A stretch of 64,000 nucleotides of DNA, from NCBI GenBank assembly GCA_002293725.1, contig DBDU01000019.1, positions 11,792 through 75,791 on the forward strand. The letters run 5' to 3'. Source of the stretch: Patescibacteria group bacterium UBA924. Lineage in GTDB: Bacteria > Patescibacteriota > Microgenomatia > UBA1400 > PJMF01. The notes under the pieces were generated by a model. That model was given only the letters and a program-made list of their open reading frames with translations, did no database searches and was not told the origin of the DNA. Numbering within the stretch: the first letter of the stretch is position 1; each line of letters opens with the position of its first letter. The position numbers and the translations under genes were made by a program. Of the stretch, positions 27,164-36,991 are shown one piece after another.

Positions 27164-27787
27164 CTACCACTTTGAGATCATTGCTTGTGGTGTCTTGATT
27201 AAAATCTTGAGGTCGTTCCAGATTGAGTGATTATCTGCATACTTAGCATCCATCTTGGCTCGTTGCACAAACGGAACTTCATTTCGACCACTCGTTTGCC
27301 ATGGGCCAGATATACCTGGTTTAACGCTCAAGATCTTAGAGATGTACTCTTTGGTATCAGGGTACTTCTTGGCTTGCTCATCAAGCTCTTTACGAACGTA
27401 CGCACGAGGCCCAACCATGCTCATCTCGCCACGTAGAACGTTAAAAAGTTGGGGAAACTCATCGATCGTTAAAGAACGAAGGACTTTCCCTAACTTGGTA
27501 ATCCGGGGATCATTCTCCAGTTTCCAGTCACCGTTCTTAAATTTTTCTAGTAAAGCTTTATCGCGTTTATGTAAGATCTCGTCGGCGTCGTGCACCATCG
27601 AGCGAAACTTGTAGAGGAAGAACTCTTTACCGTTCTTTCCCACTCGTTTGTGGCGGAAAAGGACTGGCCAGCCAGAGTCGACGTAGATCAGGATTGGAAC
27701 TACAAACCAAATTGGCAAGAACAAGACCATTAAGCCTAGCGCGACTAGAATATCAAGAGCTCGTTTCTGATGTTCGTAACCCAGCAT
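27164..27787 (-). CDS. Polyprenyl-phosphate sugar-phosphate transferase (bacterial sugar transferase family, monotopic PGT, WbaP/PglC-like)
   Basis: 207 aa, one N-terminal membrane helix, conserved KFRSM...DE(F/L)PQL...G(E/D)MS(L/M)VGPR motifs. Confidence 0.88.
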   Translation of the reverse strand: MLGYEHQKRALDILVALGLMVLFLPIWFVVPILIYVDSGWPVLFRHKRVGKNGKEFFLYKFRSMVHDADEILHKRDKALLEKFKNGDWKLENDPRITKLGKVLRSLTIDEFPQLFNVLRGEMSMVGPRAYVRKELDEQAKKYPDTKEYISKILSVKPGISGPWQTSGRNEVPFVQRAKMDAKYADNHSIWNDLKILIKTPQAMISKW

Positions 27788-28927
27788 TTAAAGATATTCT
27801 TTCTTGCCTTCTTCTTTCAGTCGCTCAACGAGTTTCTTTACGTCTTGGCTGCGCTCTTTTGGTACGACTAAGAGGATTTCAGGTGTATCAATAATGATCA
27901 TGTCATTCACGCCGATTAAGCCAATTAATCTGCCATCAGTATGAATTAAGTTGTTCTCAGAGTTAATACACAATGCTTTGACAGAGTCTTCGTCGCTGAC
28001 AGTGACGTTTCCCACTAAGTCTTTTTGGGCAAGTTCGTAGACAACTTTCCAGTCACCTACGTCGTTCCAACCAAAGTCACCAGGAATCAACACTAAGTTA
28101 TCTGCTTTTTCAGAAATAGCGTAGTCAATCGAGATAGATTGAGCTTTTTTATAGATCTCTGGGAGAGCTTCGTGGAATTGAGCCGCAGATAAGCTACCGA
28201 GTTCTTTGGTAAGTTCATACATGTCTGGCATGTACTTGGCAAAAGCTTCTTGAAGTGCCTGGGCCGACCAGACGTACATGTTGGCATTCCAGAAGTACTT
28301 ACCAGTAGAAATGAAGGCGCGAGCGGTAGTAGCGTTTGGTTTCTCTGTAAAGCTGTCTACTTTGAAAACTGGCAACCCGGTGTGTGTTTTGCGCAAGTGA
28401 TCACCAATCTTGATATAGCCAAAGCCAGTTTCTGGTCCGGTGGGAGTAATTCCTACTGCTACCAGATTCTGCCCACCCTCAGCAACTTCAACAGCGGCTT
28501 CCATGACTTTGACAAACTCTTTTTCATCGGTAATGACATGGTCGGAAGCACTGTTGACGACAATTGCTTCGGGATCCTTAGACATGGCGTACAAGGCACC
28601 TGAAAGCATTGCCAAGGCAGTGTCTTTCTTATCGGGCTCGGCAATCACGTTTTCGGTCGGAACTTGCGGCAGGAGGTTTTGAATCTCGGCAATGTAGTTT
28701 TTGTTGGTGACAACGATGATCTGTTCCCAAGGAATGATTTTACTTAAACGACCAGCGGCTACCTGTACCATGGCGTCTTTGCTGGTAAGGCGTAAAAACT
28801 GTTTGGGGGTCGCATTTCGGGATTTTGGCCACAAGCGAGTGCCACCTCCTCCAGCGAGGATGACTCCAAAGACATGTTTATGATCTGACATACGATCCTT
28901 TCTCAGGCATGTGCAGCTCTCGTGCAA
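27788..28927 (-). CDS. manC: Mannose-1-phosphate guanylyltransferase (GDP-mannose pyrophosphorylase)
   Basis: VFGVILAGGGGTRLWPKSRNATPKQF nucleotidyltransferase motif, 379 aa (no cupin/PMI domain). The start is probably the internal Met at 28891. Confidence 0.82.
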   Translation of the reverse strand: MHESCTCLRKDRMSDHKHVFGVILAGGGGTRLWPKSRNATPKQFLRLTSKDAMVQVAAGRLSKIIPWEQIIVVTNKNYIAEIQNLLPQVPTENVIAEPDKKDTALAMLSGALYAMSKDPEAIVVNSASDHVITDEKEFVKVMEAAVEVAEGGQNLVAVGITPTGPETGFGYIKIGDHLRKTHTGLPVFKVDSFTEKPNATTARAFISTGKYFWNANMYVWSAQALQEAFAKYMPDMYELTKELGSLSAAQFHEALPEIYKKAQSISIDYAISEKADNLVLIPGDFGWNDVGDWKVVYELAQKDLVGNVTVSDEDSVKALCINSENNLIHTDGRLIGLIGVNDMIIIDTPEILLVVPKERSQDVKKLVERLKEEGKKEYL

Positions 28928-30071
28928 AGTTTAACCATAAGCGCTCAACGCGCTGACGAAACTGGGACTCAAATGCCTGTGTATTATAGGCATTGACCTG
29001 TTTCTGGATAGTAGCTTCGTTCCATTGACGATGCTCTATCTCATCCATCGCTTTTTTTAACGCCCGTACAGTATATTCGTTGATCTGTACGCTTGAAACA
29101 CCCGTCGGACTAATCTCAGCTGATCCGCTTTTGGCGTGAATGACTGCAGGTTTGCCGAAGAGGTGCGCTTCTAAGGCGGCGATCCCAAAGTCCTCTTCAC
29201 CTGGAGCTAAAAAAGCCCGACAATTTTTGTAGTATGCCGTAAGATCTTTGGATTGTACAGCATGGAGGAACTTGATTTTAGCCTGGGAAGGATACTGAAG
29301 AGCCAGCTGGCGCAGTCGTTTTTGATCTGGACCGTCACCAATAACAACCAAATCCTTACCTAGCTCAAGGCAAGCCTGAATCGCAAGATCAATCTTTTTA
29401 TATGGGACGAAACGAGAGACGATTAAGTAGTACTCATTTTTTTGAAAGCCATCTTTGCTAAGAGGTTCTGGTAAAGATTGTTCTTCCTGAGGTGCTTGAA
29501 TCTCCACTGGGGGGTAGAGCTCTTTAGATGGTGTGAGGTGATAGTACTTAGCGCAACGTTCGGCAACACGTTTAGAGATAGGAATAATGACATCAGGTCG
29601 TTTGGCAGCTGCAACGTCCCACCATCGAAGATAACGGAAAATGGGTTCTTTGATCAGATCAAGGACTCCTTGAGAGTACTCATCCCGATGGCTCCACAAG
29701 TAACGAGTTGGAGTAAGCAAATAACAGATGTGTAATTGATTGGGTCCAGTCAGGACTCCTTTTGCTTCAGCGCTGGTAATAGAAATAACAATATCGAACT
29801 CTTTAAGATTGTGGGCCTCAAATGCCAGCGGCATCAAACCCACATATTGGCGGTGATACTTTTTAGCTCCAGGTAAGTACTGGAGAAAGCTAGGTTGGAC
29901 CTCAAAACTTTCGGCCCAAACTGCCCTTTCTTTGTCATAAACGGAAGTAAAAAGTGGAGCATCTGGAAAGAGTCGATGAAGGCTCTGTAAGACGTTTTCA
30001 GCGCCACCAAAAGGAGTGTTTACTCGATCATAAACGAGCGCAATTTGCGGTGGCGAAGAGTGCTTGGGCAT
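28878..30071 (-). CDS. Glycosyltransferase family 4 (GT-B, retaining)
   Basis: C-terminal EX7E-type motif DFGIAALEAHLFGKPAV, 397 aa. Confidence 0.8.
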   Translation of the reverse strand: MPKHSSPPQIALVYDRVNTPFGGAENVLQSLHRLFPDAPLFTSVYDKERAVWAESFEVQPSFLQYLPGAKKYHRQYVGLMPLAFEAHNLKEFDIVISITSAEAKGVLTGPNQLHICYLLTPTRYLWSHRDEYSQGVLDLIKEPIFRYLRWWDVAAAKRPDVIIPISKRVAERCAKYYHLTPSKELYPPVEIQAPQEEQSLPEPLSKDGFQKNEYYLIVSRFVPYKKIDLAIQACLELGKDLVVIGDGPDQKRLRQLALQYPSQAKIKFLHAVQSKDLTAYYKNCRAFLAPGEEDFGIAALEAHLFGKPAVIHAKSGSAEISPTGVSSVQINEYTVRALKKAMDEIEHRQWNEATIQKQVNAYNTQAFESQFRQRVERLWLNFARELHMPEKGSYVRS

Positions 30072-30075
30072 ATGA

Positions 30076-31200
30076 TTAAAGGGCTAGCGCGTTGGCGTAA
30101 ACTTTCAGGGTAGACTCAGCCATTTTTGACCACTGAAACTGTTTGGCATAGGTCTGTGCTGCTTTAAGATGCTTTTGCCGATCCATTGTTGCTGCAGTTT
30201 GGGCTGCTTGAACAAAAGAAGCGGTATCTTGGGGAGAAAAGAAAAGGGCGTGGTGTTGGTAGACCTCACGGAAAACTGGAATGTCTGAAGCTATAACAGG
30301 TGTGCCGGCTGCCATCGCTTCTAAACCGGTTAGCCCGAAACCCTCCGACAGCGAAGGTTGTACTAGGGCGGTTGCCTCACCTAAAAGTGCTCTGACTTTT
30401 TCGTCTGATTGATAACCCATAAACTCGACGCGATCTGTAAGCTTCTGTTCACTGACAAAGGCCGCAAGCCGCTGTTGAAAGGCTGAACGTGAGCTGACCA
30501 CTTTCAAAGAGTACTCGGGCAGTTCACGCAGTGCTTGAATCACAGTAGTCACATTTTTATGAGGGTACAGTGAGCCCAGATAGACAAAGTACTTTTGAAC
30601 AGCTTTTGGGGTAGGAATTGAGCTTTTTTCGAAAAAATGTGGAGCTACTCCTTCCGCAATAACCACGGTTTTCGCAACTGTTTCTGGATAGTACCGTGCA
30701 ACTTGTTTGGCCACAGTTTGAGTAGGCACAATTATGGCTGCTGCTTTGCGGATGGCATGACTAGCAGTTAAGCGATACATGACATACTTCGGCCAATACT
30801 GCCACTTTGGCAAGGTAGTTACCGCTGAGCCACGGTACTCGTGCCAAAGTAAATCATGAATAGTAACGACTACCTTTCCTGAATACATGAACGGGACATT
30901 AAAGTGTGGAATGTGAAGGATGTCTAATCTTTGTTGATTGAAAATACTCGGCATCTGTAGCTGTTCACCTAGCGAGTAATGTTGAACTGGCGCTAAGACA
31001 ACCTCCACTGTGCCTTCGTAAGAAACGTTTGCCAGAACCTGATCGGCTTGCTCTTGATCACTGAAGAAAAGTACCCACCTGTAGGGTGTCTGTCGTTGGA
31101 GTAGCTCCCGGACTAAATGTTCTGTATATCGCCCGATACCCGCGTGGCGTTGACCTGCCAAACGGCAGTCTATTCCAACACGGGAGATCGTTTGTGACAT
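30076..31200 (-). CDS. Glycosyltransferase family 4
   Basis: GIGRYTEHLVREL N-terminal motif and EGFGLTGLEAMAAGTPVIASD, 374 aa. Confidence 0.85.
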   Translation of the reverse strand: MSQTISRVGIDCRLAGQRHAGIGRYTEHLVRELLQRQTPYRWVLFFSDQEQADQVLANVSYEGTVEVVLAPVQHYSLGEQLQMPSIFNQQRLDILHIPHFNVPFMYSGKVVVTIHDLLWHEYRGSAVTTLPKWQYWPKYVMYRLTASHAIRKAAAIIVPTQTVAKQVARYYPETVAKTVVIAEGVAPHFFEKSSIPTPKAVQKYFVYLGSLYPHKNVTTVIQALRELPEYSLKVVSSRSAFQQRLAAFVSEQKLTDRVEFMGYQSDEKVRALLGEATALVQPSLSEGFGLTGLEAMAAGTPVIASDIPVFREVYQHHALFFSPQDTASFVQAAQTAATMDRQKHLKAAQTYAKQFQWSKMAESTLKVYANALAL

Positions 31201-31220
31201 GGCATTACAGACGCGAGGTC

Positions 31221-31676
31221 TTACTTACTTGATTTTTTGGTTTTGGCTGACTTCATTTTCTCAGCCAATAAGCCGACGCTCTCGGTGACTTCTCTGCGAG
31301 TAGCGACAGCCCCACCATTAGGACCACACTCATCGCAATCACAGTTACCTTCGCAGCAGTGATCACCGTGAGTAGCGATTAAGTCATCGAGCTCTTTTTC
31401 AAGCTTCTTGATTTTGCTTAACCGACCCATGTTTCCAATCATGACGTAGACGAAGTAGCCCACACCAACTAAGAACGCAGCGACAGGAATGTACTCCAGT
31501 AATGGGGGAACTTCAGTCAGCGTGGTTTGGTCGTAGAAGTAACGAAGCAACAAGTTTGGTAAGAACGCCGAAGCAAAGAGTGCCAACACAAATACTGCAA
31601 TCGACTCTACTGCGTAAATTACCTTATCTTGTCTCAATTGAGAGATCTTAAAACGAAGTTGGTCTGCACTGTGCAT
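31221..31676 (-). CDS. Small membrane protein with C-terminal Cys-rich motif (HCCEGNCDCDECGP)
   Basis: 151 aa. Two predicted transmembrane helices (IAVFVLALFASAFLPNLLL, VAAFLVGVGYFVYVMIG), a short coiled region (KIKKLEKELDDLI), then seven Cys in 14 residues. No family recognised. Confidence 0.45.
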   Translation of the reverse strand: MHSADQLRFKISQLRQDKVIYAVESIAVFVLALFASAFLPNLLLRYFYDQTTLTEVPPLLEYIPVAAFLVGVGYFVYVMIGNMGRLSKIKKLEKELDDLIATHGDHCCEGNCDCDECGPNGGAVATRREVTESVGLLAEKMKSAKTKKSSK

Positions 31677-31698
31677 GAGGCTCCTTTATCTTTATGTA

Positions 31699-32559
31699 TT
31701 ACCGTGTTTTGTACCAAACAAAGAGTTGTATCCCCCAGCGAACAAAGAAAGGATACTGGCTTTGATAGTGCTTATCAAAGTATTGTAGCATCGTCTGATA
31801 AAAGTGTGCTGACGTTCTCTGTGAGATTGAGCTATCGGTGTGACCACGACCTGATTTGTACTTGTGATGGACGACAGTAGCTTCTGGAATATAGATAACT
31901 TGATATCCATGATCACGGAAGCGTTTGCACCAGTCCAGGTCTTCGGCATACATGAAGAAGCGCTCATCTAAGTACCCTACTTTTTCCATGGCTGCAGTTC
32001 TAACCATCATCGCTGCCCCACTGCAGGCATCAATTGGGTGAACCTGATCTAACGACTGATAGGTTTGGTGATACTGGGCAAAAAGCTTGGATTTGGGAAA
32101 AGCTTTTGCTAAACCACTAAAGTAACTCAAACTGGCCCAAGGAGTGGGCTCACCGCGGTGACTGGCGGGATCTAACTTACCACTCGCTAGTAATACTTTC
32201 GGTGTGGTAACTGCTACATTGGGGTTAGCATCCATGTAATAGATTAATGCATCCAGCGCCGATTTCTCAGAAAACTCTATGTCTGAGTTAATCAGCATCG
32301 CATAACGACTTCTTACTTGCTTTAGTGCCAAGTTATTACCAACGGCAAAGCCTCCATTTTGGCTAGCTTCTAGCACTTTAACCCAGGAAAACTCTTCCTT
32401 TAACATCTTGACTGAGTGATCAGTACTGGAGTTATCTACGACGATTACTTCTACCTTGAACTTGGTTTTAGCCAGGTAGTATTTTTGAAGTGTTTTTAAC
32501 GCCAAAGAAATCCAGTCTGGCGTGTTGTAGTTTAAGAAGATCAGGGTGAGGTCAGTCAT
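31699..32559 (-). CDS. Glycosyltransferase family 2
   Basis: LTLIFLNYNTPDW...VVDNSSTDHS GT-A DxD-type motifs, 286 aa. Confidence 0.85.
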   Translation of the reverse strand: MTDLTLIFLNYNTPDWISLALKTLQKYYLAKTKFKVEVIVVDNSSTDHSVKMLKEEFSWVKVLEASQNGGFAVGNNLALKQVRSRYAMLINSDIEFSEKSALDALIYYMDANPNVAVTTPKVLLASGKLDPASHRGEPTPWASLSYFSGLAKAFPKSKLFAQYHQTYQSLDQVHPIDACSGAAMMVRTAAMEKVGYLDERFFMYAEDLDWCKRFRDHGYQVIYIPEATVVHHKYKSGRGHTDSSISQRTSAHFYQTMLQYFDKHYQSQYPFFVRWGIQLFVWYKTR

Positions 32560-33766
32560 GGTGTACGTTGGACTGGGCAGCCATCTTTAAGTAAATGCTA
32601 TCAAGTTTCTGAGCAATGAACTCCCAGTCATATTGAGTTTGAACAAACTCTTTCCCATTTTTGGCTAATTTTTTTTGAAGTTCCGGTTGTTGTAAGACTT
32701 TGACAGTTAAGTCGGCAAGCTCTTTGGCAGTGTTGCCAATCAAAACTTGCACACCATGCTCGACGCCTAAGCCTTCCACAGCCAACTGGGTAGCGACAAT
32801 CGGAGTGCCCGCGGCCATAGCTTCCAAGATTTTGTACCTAGTTCCTTTACCACTAAATACGGGAGCTACTAAGACATGTGCGCCGGTAAAAGCATCTCGA
32901 ATATCGGGGATACCACCAGTAATAGTGATGGAAGTATCTTTCTTTTGATACTCGAAGATTTCGGGTGTGGGAGCGTTACCCACAATCCATAGCTTGGAAG
33001 TAGGCAACTTTTTCTTGACGATTGGCCAGACATTTTCCACTAGGAACTTGACTGCTTCGACGTTAGGTAGCCAGTTAAAGGTGCCAACTGAAAGAACGGT
33101 TAAATCTTTAGGCAGCTTTCGTTCTTTTTGGGTAAACCATTTAACATCAACGCCGTTAGAAACAACCTCAATCTTTTTTGGTTCGTGAATCGTTTCGTCG
33201 ATGAAGCGCTTGTCTTCTTCACTCATCGTGATTAACTTGGTACAGCTGCGCCAATAGTGCTCTTCCCAACGCCGAATCTTAGCAATGTCGAGCTTCAGGA
33301 TCTGTCGAAGCGGCCAGAACTTAATCTTATCGGCATAGCTTTCATAACCGAGGTACTCGATGGTTTGTTCCACTAAAATAATAGGAATTTCTGTCTTAGG
33401 AATATTAGGCATCATGTAGAACGTCTCAGCGTGAATAACGTCGTACTTTTCCGCTTGCAACTCTTTTTCAACGGCGGCGATTGTTTGTGGGACATGGTTG
33501 CGGATGACTAAAAAAGGAAAGCTGGAAAAAGCAGTATGAAAGATATTACGGAAAGTGAATGGTTTTTGAGACCGCTTAAAGACACGAACCTTGGCGCAGT
33601 ACTTTTCTAATTCCGGAATATACTGTCGCTCACTCTCCTCCTTAATCAGTGCAAAGAGTGTGACCTCAAACTTCCCTGCTAACTTCTTGAGCAAGTTATA
33701 CGTTCTGATCTGCCCGCCCGATAATAACGGGTACGGCAAGTACGGCGTGAGCATTAAAATTTTCAT
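32552..33766 (-). CDS. Glycosyltransferase family 4
   Basis: MKILMLTPYLPYPLLSGGQIRTYNLLKKL and ILEAMAAGTPIVAT, 404 aa. Confidence 0.85.
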   Translation of the reverse strand: MKILMLTPYLPYPLLSGGQIRTYNLLKKLAGKFEVTLFALIKEESERQYIPELEKYCAKVRVFKRSQKPFTFRNIFHTAFSSFPFLVIRNHVPQTIAAVEKELQAEKYDVIHAETFYMMPNIPKTEIPIILVEQTIEYLGYESYADKIKFWPLRQILKLDIAKIRRWEEHYWRSCTKLITMSEEDKRFIDETIHEPKKIEVVSNGVDVKWFTQKERKLPKDLTVLSVGTFNWLPNVEAVKFLVENVWPIVKKKLPTSKLWIVGNAPTPEIFEYQKKDTSITITGGIPDIRDAFTGAHVLVAPVFSGKGTRYKILEAMAAGTPIVATQLAVEGLGVEHGVQVLIGNTAKELADLTVKVLQQPELQKKLAKNGKEFVQTQYDWEFIAQKLDSIYLKMAAQSNVHHD

Positions 33767-35190
33767 GGTGAGAGCTTGATAATAATGTGGTTAGGCGTTT
33801 TTTCAATCACCTGATACCGCTGTTCGAGCGCCTTGGCTTCATCGTCATAGGCAGTATTCACATAGTAGGTAGCACCTTGCTCAATCTTCTTCTCAATCTC
33901 ACCGCCCAAGGTCCAACCGGTTCGGTTGGTTTGGAAAAGCAAGGCTGTATCACTCATAGCTGGGGCAATGACTTTTGCGTCGGCTGGGGTTAAGCGATCA
34001 ATAGCGGCGCCTGCCTGTTCCCAATCTGCGCGAGTGCCATAAAAGCCGGCGACGAACTCACGACTGACCAAAATACTACCAATAAGTAAGAGGGTTGTCA
34101 GCGTTAAGCCGATCCATTGTTGTTTACGCATGTAGAAGAAGTGGTAGATTACCCACAGACCTTGCCCCATTGCTAGAGCAACCAGTGGTAAAGTAATACT
34201 TTGATAGTAATCATGGCGGACGTTACCGGTGGCAATGACCACTAAGTAAGTTAAGACACACAGTCCCCAGACAACGATCAGCTCTCTCATCTTGTCTTTT
34301 TTAACGAGACTGAGAAGGACTACAATATTTGCTCCCCCTAGAATCATCTTGGTATATCTTTCCCATCCTAACCATCGGAACCAAGCTGGCCGTAAGCGGA
34401 TGCCATCGCCATTAAATAACCACGTCGAAGCTGGGATACCAGCGGGAAACTGTTGAATCCATGTTCTCCACCAAATCAGTGGAACAAGTGTTAAACCATA
34501 AAGGTAAAGTGCTGGTTGGCGAAAAACCCGTCCTTTAAAGTGACGGACTGCTAAATATGCCAAGATGGGTGCAAAGAAAAGAGCAAACGGCTTGAGAAGT
34601 AATGCCAATGTAAAGGCAATAAATGACAGACAATACCATTTCCACTTTCTTTCTTCTAACCAAAAGTCGAATGCCAAGATGGCGAGTGTGACAAAAAAAG
34701 TAAAACTAGGCTCAGGCAGGATCACTCGCGAGTAGTAGACGGCGTAAGGCAAACTAGCAAAGACAAAGGCTGAAAGATACCCCACCGCCGGATTTGCCCA
34801 CCGCTTGCCTAGGTAATACAAACTGACGACAGTTCCCAAGGAACAGAGGATCGAGAATAAACGAGATAAGATTACTAGATCGAGAACGGGAAAGGTCCGT
34901 AAGATAACTGCTAACCCAGCATTAATAAACGGAAACTCGACCATTCGGTAGCCATGTGGATTTTCCAAACCAGATTGAATGTTGCCTAAATCTTGGTAAG
35001 TCGGGTGTAGTAAGTCGATACCGTGATTGACGTACTCGCGAGTAACTGAAGCAGTATCTGCCTGACGGAAGGAATGCCAATCGGTCAGACTATTGGTTAA
35101 ACCAAAAAGCCGCAAGAATAACGCCATCACCACAATGAGAACTAAGGTCCAGTTAAACTCGAGTTTTCTTCTTAGGCTTGGCTTTGGCAT
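33763..35190 (-). CDS. GT-C fold membrane glycosyltransferase (ArnT/PMT-like, GT39/GT83-type)
   Basis: 475 aa, about 11 transmembrane helices. An acidic first-loop motif after transmembrane helix 1 (WHSFRQADTASVTRE) and a C-terminal soluble domain. Confidence 0.6.
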   Translation of the reverse strand: MPKPSLRRKLEFNWTLVLIVVMALFLRLFGLTNSLTDWHSFRQADTASVTREYVNHGIDLLHPTYQDLGNIQSGLENPHGYRMVEFPFINAGLAVILRTFPVLDLVILSRLFSILCSLGTVVSLYYLGKRWANPAVGYLSAFVFASLPYAVYYSRVILPEPSFTFFVTLAILAFDFWLEERKWKWYCLSFIAFTLALLLKPFALFFAPILAYLAVRHFKGRVFRQPALYLYGLTLVPLIWWRTWIQQFPAGIPASTWLFNGDGIRLRPAWFRWLGWERYTKMILGGANIVVLLSLVKKDKMRELIVVWGLCVLTYLVVIATGNVRHDYYQSITLPLVALAMGQGLWVIYHFFYMRKQQWIGLTLTTLLLIGSILVSREFVAGFYGTRADWEQAGAAIDRLTPADAKVIAPAMSDTALLFQTNRTGWTLGGEIEKKIEQGATYYVNTAYDDEAKALEQRYQVIEKTPNHIIIKLSP

Positions 35191-36988
35191 GTCTAACGCC
35201 TTCTTTCGCTAATGTTGACGTGGCTGGGTAAACTGCTTTTTGTTCTGCCTCTTTAGCTAACCGGTCTCGAACTGCCAGGTAACCGAGGAAGAGACCAGCG
35301 AGTGCCCAATACGTTTGGGCAACTTTAGAAGCGGCAAAGACGTCAATATAGATGGCATTGAGCAACAGTCCAATACTGCCTCCGAGTAAACCTACACTCA
35401 TGGCGCTGACTAAGTAGTCGCTGTCGCGTAAGTTGCGAATAGCGGCGTACAAAATGATTCCCACACAGCCATAGAAAGTGATGAATCCTAGTAAGCCTGT
35501 TTCTCCAAGAGTACGCAAGAAGTTGTTGTCTGTGCTGTCAGCTTCGGTGAACTGATCAATATTTTCTTTGGTTAACGTCGCATAGCCACTGCCAGTAATT
35601 GGGTTAGACAAGAAGCCCTCGATTGCTCTGGGCCAGAGAGTCTCTTGTCGGATACATAATGATAATTCTTGTTTCAGTGCACACTCTGAGTAGACGCGTG
35701 GTTTAGCAACGGTAATGTATGTAGTCTCGCCTGTGGCCGAGACAGTTGCCACTACCACCTGATCAGGAATGTCTTCATAGACGCCTGCAGGTAGTTGGGT
35801 TGGTTTGGGTGAAGGTGACGGGCTTGGTTTTTCAGTAGGCGTGAGGGGTGATGGTGGTTGATCAACGCTGCTAGCTACATCGGCAGTGGCTGCCGCAGCT
35901 GCGGTAACATCATCAGTGGAGATGCCACCACTGGGTGGGTTTCCTTTGGGTAAACGTTCTTGTAACTGTTGAGGCGTTAAGGGCAATGAGGCAAGCGCTT
36001 GATCTGAGATAATCATCCGGCGTTGGTTATTTAAGGTATCTACGACTGACTTAAGGGCGGGCTGGCTATTTACCACGTGGCTTAGACGCTCTGTCATGTC
36101 AGCGCCAAAGTAGTAGAACAGTAACGCGCTCATGACCACAAAAATGGCGCTGCGAGTAGTAAAGAACCATACTTTCTGTTTAATCCCAGTCTTATTTAAA
36201 GTAGTAGCCAAGATGACAACTCCTACACCGGCAATAAAGGCAGCAAATGGAGTTCGAGAGGCACTTAAAATTAATAGCCAAGTCCCGATCCAAAAGATGA
36301 AGTGTAATCCAAGGCTAATTGCTCTTTTACGAGCTCGATAAGCCACCGCGAGTAAAAGTGGTAGGGCGATGACTAAGTAAGCGGCCATATCGTAGTGACC
36401 AGCAAACGTGGATTGAACGCGTGCATATTGAGTCAGATACAGACGAACGCCTTTACTAAACTCTCGGTTCATCGTTGAGTAAACTGGGAAGTAAAAGTAG
36501 CGTTGGCCATAACCATAGAGAGCGATGGACAGTACGGTTAAGGCAAAGATAGAAACTGCCAGGACTAAGTGGCTGCGTTTCTTGATAGCGCTGTAGAGTA
36601 TAAAAAATAACGAAAAGTACTCAAGGTAACGGAAGTAGTGTAGTAGCGTTTTGCCCACGTGTAGCGGCTCAAGCGGAATAGTTTTAATGACAAAGATGGC
36701 AACGAGTGTCGAAACCAAGCCAACCACTGCGTAAGCTACAACCATCCAGAACATAGCAGATACAAAACGTGCCTTCTTACGTAGTACTTGAATTGCCCAA
36801 ACAATCACTGTTAGACCAATCAACAGATCTTCGGCACGGACGCGAACGATGTACTGCTCAATAGGACTCCACAGCGGAATCTTGGGATACAGTGGAATAA
36901 ACGCAAGCAGTATTGAAGCAAGAATAATCAAGAGATGATCATCCAGCCAGTTTGCCCATTTCTTGAGCTGAGTTGTAAATGTGGTCAT
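35153..36988 (-). CDS. O-antigen ligase / Wzy-family membrane protein with an internal Pro/Ser-rich linker
   Basis: 611 aa, polytopic. Wzy_C-like block NNFLRTLGETGLLGFITFYG. Linker PSPLTPTEKPSPSPSPKPTQLP. Confidence 0.6.
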   Translation of the reverse strand: MTTFTTQLKKWANWLDDHLLIILASILLAFIPLYPKIPLWSPIEQYIVRVRAEDLLIGLTVIVWAIQVLRKKARFVSAMFWMVVAYAVVGLVSTLVAIFVIKTIPLEPLHVGKTLLHYFRYLEYFSLFFILYSAIKKRSHLVLAVSIFALTVLSIALYGYGQRYFYFPVYSTMNREFSKGVRLYLTQYARVQSTFAGHYDMAAYLVIALPLLLAVAYRARKRAISLGLHFIFWIGTWLLILSASRTPFAAFIAGVGVVILATTLNKTGIKQKVWFFTTRSAIFVVMSALLFYYFGADMTERLSHVVNSQPALKSVVDTLNNQRRMIISDQALASLPLTPQQLQERLPKGNPPSGGISTDDVTAAAAATADVASSVDQPPSPLTPTEKPSPSPSPKPTQLPAGVYEDIPDQVVVATVSATGETTYITVAKPRVYSECALKQELSLCIRQETLWPRAIEGFLSNPITGSGYATLTKENIDQFTEADSTDNNFLRTLGETGLLGFITFYGCVGIILYAAIRNLRDSDYLVSAMSVGLLGGSIGLLLNAIYIDVFAASKVAQTYWALAGLFLGYLAVRDRLAKEAEQKAVYPATSTLAKEGVRHAKAKPKKKTRV

Positions 36989-36991
36989 AGT

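Noticed and set aside
36132-36341. 69-aa plus-strand ORF within the O-antigen ligase-like gene, and similar short ORFs of 60-120 aa throughout the track
   Set aside because: All lie inside and antisense or out-of-frame to longer ORFs with clear family assignments. None has a plausible ribosome-binding context or a recognisable motif.
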